Positions 60,301 through 64,000 of a stretch of DNA of 64,000 nucleotides are shown here, in pieces; position 1 is the first letter of the stretch, and the number at the start of each line of letters is the position of its first letter. Both the position numbers and the translations under genes were made by a program. Source of the DNA: Blastocatellia bacterium (lineage in GTDB: Bacteria > Acidobacteriota > Blastocatellia > UBA7656); the NCBI GenBank assembly GCA_963765495.1, contig CAVXWP010000012.1, forward strand, positions 64,001 to 128,000. Reading direction: 5' to 3'. The notes beneath the pieces are model-generated. The model saw nothing but the letters and a program-made list of their open reading frames with translations. It did not search any database and was not told the origin of the DNA.

Positions 60301-60965
60301 TTTTTAGAGATTGCCACGCACTCGTGGTAGGGCGGGGTGTTTGTAGCCGTGAAGGCGAACTGGCTGAGAAGCCATCTATCGGCAATGCGATCATAGAGCA
60401 CTACGGGGTCGCCGTCATTGATGAGCGCGCATATTCCGCCAAGAGGCGCAAATACATCGCTCATCAGAAAGGGCGGCGTCAGGGGGGTTCCCGTCTTGTT
60501 GTATATGCGAACCCTGTTGTTTACGGTTTCAACGATGTGGTTAGGGCCGACATCGGCGTTTGAATCGGACGGATTGACCAGCCCGAGGTTATCAACATCG
60601 GCCAGCCCTTCAAATGTCAGCGTGGGGCCGGGTATAACGTTTGGCGCATTGGGTTGTGAATGAAGCGCGGCATCGTGCGTGCGAAGCTCGGCTCCCGCCA
60701 CGGGCGTGCGTTCTATTTCGTCGTTCAATTCGTTGATCTCGGTACCTTCTTCGTCAGGCGAGGGAGAGATATGCCTCTGCGGAAAGCTGCGAACCGGGGG
60801 CGATACGGCGAAATTGACGGCATTGCTGAATTTGGGAACCATCTTTTGATTCCCTCCCTTTCCGCCGCCGCCGACACCGACACTCTTTTGGGCCTCGCCT
60901 GGCAGTATCCAGATGCCAAACACAAAGAAGACAATTACAGTGATAATTAATAGCCGGAACTTCAT
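57390..60965 (-). CDS. Large secreted multidomain protein (N-terminal putative beta-propeller, carboxypeptidase-regulatory-like, HYR domains)
   Basis: Signal peptide; PSD...VGPNH, FPDYP, RWMGS and RWGDY motifs; HYR repeats ATDNC...SGTTFPRGVTTVTCTARDTAGN. Confidence 0.85.
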   Translation of the reverse strand: MKFRLLIITVIVFFVFGIWILPGEAQKSVGVGGGGKGGNQKMVPKFSNAVNFAVSPPVRSFPQRHISPSPDEEGTEINELNDEIERTPVAGAELRTHDAALHSQPNAPNVIPGPTLTFEGLADVDNLGLVNPSDSNADVGPNHIVETVNNRVRIYNKTGTPLTPPFLMSDVFAPLGGICALINDGDPVVLYDRIADRWLLSQFAFTATNTPPYHECVAISKNGDPTGEYFLYDFIVDGNNFPDYPHLGVWPDGYYMSTREFFLGGGFVGVGAVAFDRAKMLVGDPTAGIIQFQNGDFSDSSSGMLPSDHDGLLPPPAGAPNVFAIYTSATFGDPEGDAVRLFNFHADWVTPANSTFLERSESPITVAAFDPRNPNGRTDIEQPAPSVAADRLDSIGDRLMHRVQYFNRGGVESLVTTHTVNVSGGAGTTAATHQAGIRYYEFRKSTPGGMYAVYDQATFSPDAGNGSTGTNRWMGSAAIDNQGNLAVAYSASSTTLFPSIRYAGRAFNETGGLLQGEATMFAGLGSQQASGNRWGDYTSTMIDPSDDCTFWHTNEYYPAGLTQFNWHTRIGAFKFTSCTTPAQGTLAGTITACASGAPISDAMIQVSGGPSNGYSSATIANGTYSMKLAPGSYTATISSIPRSCAPAGPFNVTITDGQTTTLNACLDGVGDMGYVSSAVSGGNGNGVIDRNECNNLNVTIENIGCAPATNVSATLSTSTPGVTITQPNSPYPNMAIDATATNTVPFSVSTSPGFMCGTPIDFTLTVTFGGGSSMVTFSLTTCTCADVVINGSLDSNDLQQDGRMGRNGVASSCLIPKVCPGPIGAGTNRSYDLYSFTNGPTDACVTITLTANCPSATNPIISTAYLNSFVPSNICTNYLGDPGNSPAPTLAFSSTVPAGATLLVNVHEINQGAGCSSYTLTVSGLVCDTDGGGTCGACTITCPSKIVVDNTPGQCGAIVNYPAPTTSGTCGVVTCTPPSSGFFPIGNTVVTCTTTAGNSCKFIVTVKDTQAPQITCPANITAVTPNPNSGGAVVNYATPVATDNCPGVTVTCSPASGTTFPRGVTTVTCTARDTAGNVTTCTFNVTVYDICIEDNTNPANVVLASSTTGDYVFCCGATTVSGTGTVTKKPGGFITITHTTSTKKVTIQVLPPLNVNQPVTGAASLQMPVGTTLCNFKDSNIANNSCNCTAP

Positions 60966-61124
60966 ATACGATCCTCCTGTAGATTCGAAGTTGTGGATAT
61001 ATCCGGATTTTGCGCCGGGCGTCGGGCCAGTTTGCCTGACCCGTGTTACTCTGAGAGGTTTATAGTTGAGAGTAAAGCGCCGGGCGGCGGATTACCTTGC
61101 GCTACTCTCCGGCTTTTCTGCTTT

Positions 61125-61601
61125 TCAACCGCATTTAAACACTCTCGGTGCTTTGCCGTGAGTGAGCGTAAATGTTCCGATCACCTCATCCGTGCCGGTG
61201 AGCGTAATCGTCACATTCATTTCATTTCCATCAATGCGGCCTCGGTATCGGGCCGGTTGCGCGTCGGACTCTTCGCCCTGACGCACCGGACCGGGGGATT
61301 CCTTTACATATGTTCCGATGACTTCGAAAGCTCCGCTTTCATCCGTTTCAAACTGCCGATCAATCGCGCCGTGAGCGCAATCAAATTCGATTGTGATGCC
61401 CTGATCGCCTACATCCATGCTTATGTGCTGGCCGCCCCACGATCCTGCCTCTATTTTGCTCATCTTGCTGCCTTCGGCGGGCGATGATGTTTGTCCGGGT
61501 TCGCGTATTGATCCACTTTTTTGACAGCTTCCACCCAAAACGAGGAGTAAAAGCATCAGGGCACTGGCGGAAAAAGAAAATTTCTTTAAGGCGTGATTCA
61601 T
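61125..61601 (-). CDS. Hypothetical lipoprotein
   Basis: Lipobox LGGSC; GSWGGQH..IEFDCAHG motif; start reassigned to 61601. Confidence 0.75.
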   Translation of the reverse strand: MNHALKKFSFSASALMLLLLVLGGSCQKSGSIREPGQTSSPAEGSKMSKIEAGSWGGQHISMDVGDQGITIEFDCAHGAIDRQFETDESGAFEVIGTYVKESPGPVRQGEESDAQPARYRGRIDGNEMNVTITLTGTDEVIGTFTLTHGKAPRVFKCG

Positions 61602-61684
61602 AACGGCACATCTGAATTTCCTGATTCGTTCGGTTCCGGGTTTCAGGAAGACGTTAATCTGCTTGAATCTGAGGAGGGTCAGGC

Positions 61685-61760
61685 AATTCCCCGCAGCTTG
61701 CTGCGGCTCCATTTCCTCCCCTCTTGCGCGATACCTCGCAGCTTGCTGCGAGGAGCTTCA
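61685..61760. repeat. Paired CGCAGC-TT-GCTGCG hairpins, resembling an IS200/IS605-derived or REP-like remnant
   Basis: CCGCAGCTTGCTGCGG (61691-61706) and CCTCGCAGCTTGCTGCGAGG (61734-61753). Confidence 0.65.
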
Positions 61761-61944
61761 TTCAGAGTCGCCGCCTCTTTCCGAGCCGCTTACAACAATT
61801 CAGAAAGGCCGGATAATTTTTTACCTGCTCATCGGATGATTGCGAGCGCTAAAAATTTTATAACTTCTTCAGCCGGTGGTTTGTATGTGCCTACAATCAA
61901 AAGACTGGCAGGTGCGATACTATCACAAAGCTATTCATTGTCAA

Positions 61945-62293
61945 TCCGAAGCCACCCGTTTTTATCCAGAATGTATGGCACGGCTATTCAACTTTCAGGA
62001 AAAATTGGAGGGTGGTTCGTCCGGGCCTATTCGATCGCCAAGCGTGACCGCTACACTTGCGCCGACGCTGTAGGCGATAAAACAGTCATTTGCCGAATTG
62101 AAGAAGTAGGGTTTGTCAGGCCAGGTTTTGAGATAGTCGAGCGACGTGCGTCCATGCCGATTGAGCAATTCCTTTGCCCGTGCGCGTTCCTGCGGCAAGG
62201 CGCGAAGATGATACAGAATCGGGCGAAAAGCGAGATCAATCCATACGCTGCAAACAAGACGATGCAGATGAGCGTTTGTACTCGCTTTCTCAT
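61945..62293 (-). pseudogene. Fragment of MprF/LysX-like aminoacyl-phosphatidylglycerol synthase (start of DUF2156)
   Basis: ERARAKELLNRHGRTSLDYLKTWPDKPYFF...FIAYSV...AVTLGDRIGP, then a stop; the upstream TM piece is in another frame. Confidence 0.7.
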
Positions 62294-62491
62294 TCCGAAT
62301 CCCTCTAAATCGGGATGGCCGCCCGGGACTCTGCCCTGCCAGCGCGAAGGCTCTTAGAGCCGCTCAACCACCGGCTGCAAAGAACGCGACGGGAGCGTCA
62401 GCGATGACGCACAGTCTCTCCCAATTCTGCGCGGCAACAGCCGGCGACTCCCGTCGTGTGTCGTGCAGGCTCAGGCAAAATCGCGCCGCCC

Positions 62492-62905
62492 CTATAATGC
62501 GATACGCTCGATTGTCTGTGTCAGCACGTCAAAATCAAACGGCTTGACGATGTAGGCTTGCGCTCCCGCCTCCATCGCTTTGTTAATGTCAGCCTGGCGA
62601 GCGTAAGCCGATAGAAGAACGATAGGGGTTTGGCCGTCGAATGCATGAATCCGGCTGCACAAATCAACGCCACGGCCGTCGGGATACCAGTCGTCAAGGA
62701 GGAGCAGATCAAAGCCGCCCTTTCCGATCAACATCAGTGTCTCGGCCAGGCTGCCAGACGTTGTCACCTCGTAGCCGTATATTTCAAGAAAGAGGGCCAT
62801 CATTTCGCGGTTATCCTCATCATAATCCGCGCACAAGATGCGCTTGTGTCTTTCAACCGCCACACCCGAATCATCGCTTTTCAACGCAAAAACTGTGTTG
62901 CTCAT
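62492..62905 (-). CDS. Single-domain response regulator (receiver)
   Basis: ILCADYD, FDLLLLD, LLSA and AGAQAYIVKPF. Confidence 0.9.
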   Translation of the reverse strand: MSNTVFALKSDDSGVAVERHKRILCADYDEDNREMMALFLEIYGYEVTTSGSLAETLMLIGKGGFDLLLLDDWYPDGRGVDLCSRIHAFDGQTPIVLLSAYARQADINKAMEAGAQAYIVKPFDFDVLTQTIERIAL

Positions 62906-63210
62906 ATCAGTTCCCTCACCCGAGTCGGCTTGGTTCCAGAGTTACAAGAGTGAGTGAGAAAGTAGTCTCTTTGTTCGTGTTTCACTCTTGTGACCCGCTC
63001 AAGCATCTAAAGGAGCCAGCAAGAGACTGTTCGGTATCATACCAAAGCAGAAAGACCTGTTAAGAATCGTAGGTGCATGACATCTATGATTGCCTTGAGC
63101 CGTTCGAAAGAGCCGCGTTTGCGCCAGCGTGGCTGCCGGTTTTCTCTCCGACCGTTGCGCGGGTTATTCGTAGGGGGCTACTTCGCCCGCGCAACGGTTG
63201 GGCGTCGGGG

Positions 63211-63663
63211 TTATCGCTTTGATGAAGCGCTGAAAGCGACCACCGTGACGTAACTGCTTCGGCCAGCCATCGCCTCTTCTTTTTCAAACCGGCGCTCAGC
63301 GCGCGGCCTGCGGACCTCTGCGCCAGCCGGGTTCCACGAATCAAAAATCTCAGAAAGAAAGTATCGGTCGCCTACATGATGAAAGATCAATTCCGCCTGA
63401 TGAGGTTCCCCCTTTGCCTGAGCATTTTCGATACCGAATACCTCCAGAACCTTGCCTTCTTTATAGCTTATCGTCATGAGACTTCCAGGCGATGAGTCAA
63501 CGGGTTTTACGGTGTATTGACCCGAAGGCATGGTCTTATTTCCAACCGTGAAATCAAACGGTATGTTAGCCACCACGGCATTGATCACCTGGGCTCGTGC
63601 CGTGCCGACACCTGCCAGGGCTAACAAGGATATTGTTGCAATGATCGTAAATAGCTTTTTCAT
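63211..63663 (-). CDS. Secreted hypothetical protein of an Acidobacteria-type 'IPFDF' family
   Basis: Signal peptide; ANIPFDFTVGNKTMPSGQYTV...LIFHHVGDRYFLSEI; SD GGAG. Confidence 0.8.
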   Translation of the reverse strand: MKKLFTIIATISLLALAGVGTARAQVINAVVANIPFDFTVGNKTMPSGQYTVKPVDSSPGSLMTISYKEGKVLEVFGIENAQAKGEPHQAELIFHHVGDRYFLSEIFDSWNPAGAEVRRPRAERRFEKEEAMAGRSSYVTVVAFSASSKR

Positions 63664-64000
63664 CTTTTCTCTCCAATCTGTTCAAACAAATTCAAGTTCC
63701 TGTCTCTAGCACCTCCGCCAATCGGTTGACTCCTGACTGATCCGTCTGCCTGAGCGCCGAGAAAGAGGCTGATTGACAGAGCCAGCCGCATAAGGAGTTT
63801 CGATTGTTTCTTCATCTTCGCCTCATTCCGCAGGGCGGTCTGCGCGTCTGTCGGTTGCTCAAAAGGTCTTTGTCAGGCTATGGCGGCAAGCCACTCTTGC
63901 CGGTTGTCTTCCGCGTCGCGTCGCGGCTTGCAGATGCGCCCGTAGGCTTCTATCAGTTCCTGGCAGGAGATTGGCGAAGTTTCTGCTCCCGCCGATCTCA

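Noticed and set aside
61593-62357. 254-aa plus-strand ORF
   Set aside because: Runs through the palindromic repeats and antisense to the mprF fragment; not protein-like.
63873-64000. Possible 3' end of a minus-strand gene running off the window (…QELIEAYGRICK…WLAAIA*)
   Set aside because: Too short to support without flanking sequence.

Overview
Chromosomal 64-kb segment of a moderately GC-rich bacterium, most likely Acidobacteriota (Blastocatellia-like). This assignment is inferred from the gene families present: a Ser/Thr kinase-TolB-N-TPR protein, zinc-finger anti-sigma factors, a HYR-domain exoprotein and an 'IPFDF' secreted protein. Housekeeping and stress genes include ETF-QO, treY, HU, mpl, msrPQ, tmk, hfq, DUF4912+GH57, argS and aroF. 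There are also two ECF sigma/anti-sigma modules and a NifA-like sigma54 activator with no nif genes nearby. Highlights: (1) a tRNA-Leu(UAA) gene split by a compact 229-nt group I (IC3-like) intron with an unusual branched P9; (2) a gene broken at an in-phase A_AAA_AAC -1 slippery site; (3) an operon of BNR/sialidase-like protein, MFS, extended GH2, APC permease and DegT-type aminotransferase, converging on an uncharacterised hydrolase-like gene, which suggests an undescribed amino-sugar/aminocyclitol scavenging pathway; (4) several families of non-coding palindromic repeats, including heptamer-armed hairpins and a nested MITE-like element; (5) candidate sigma54 and ECF42 promoters, tandem operator-like repeats and a structured 5' leader. 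I saw no CRISPR array, rRNA or intact transposase. All calls come from manual reading; no searches were run.
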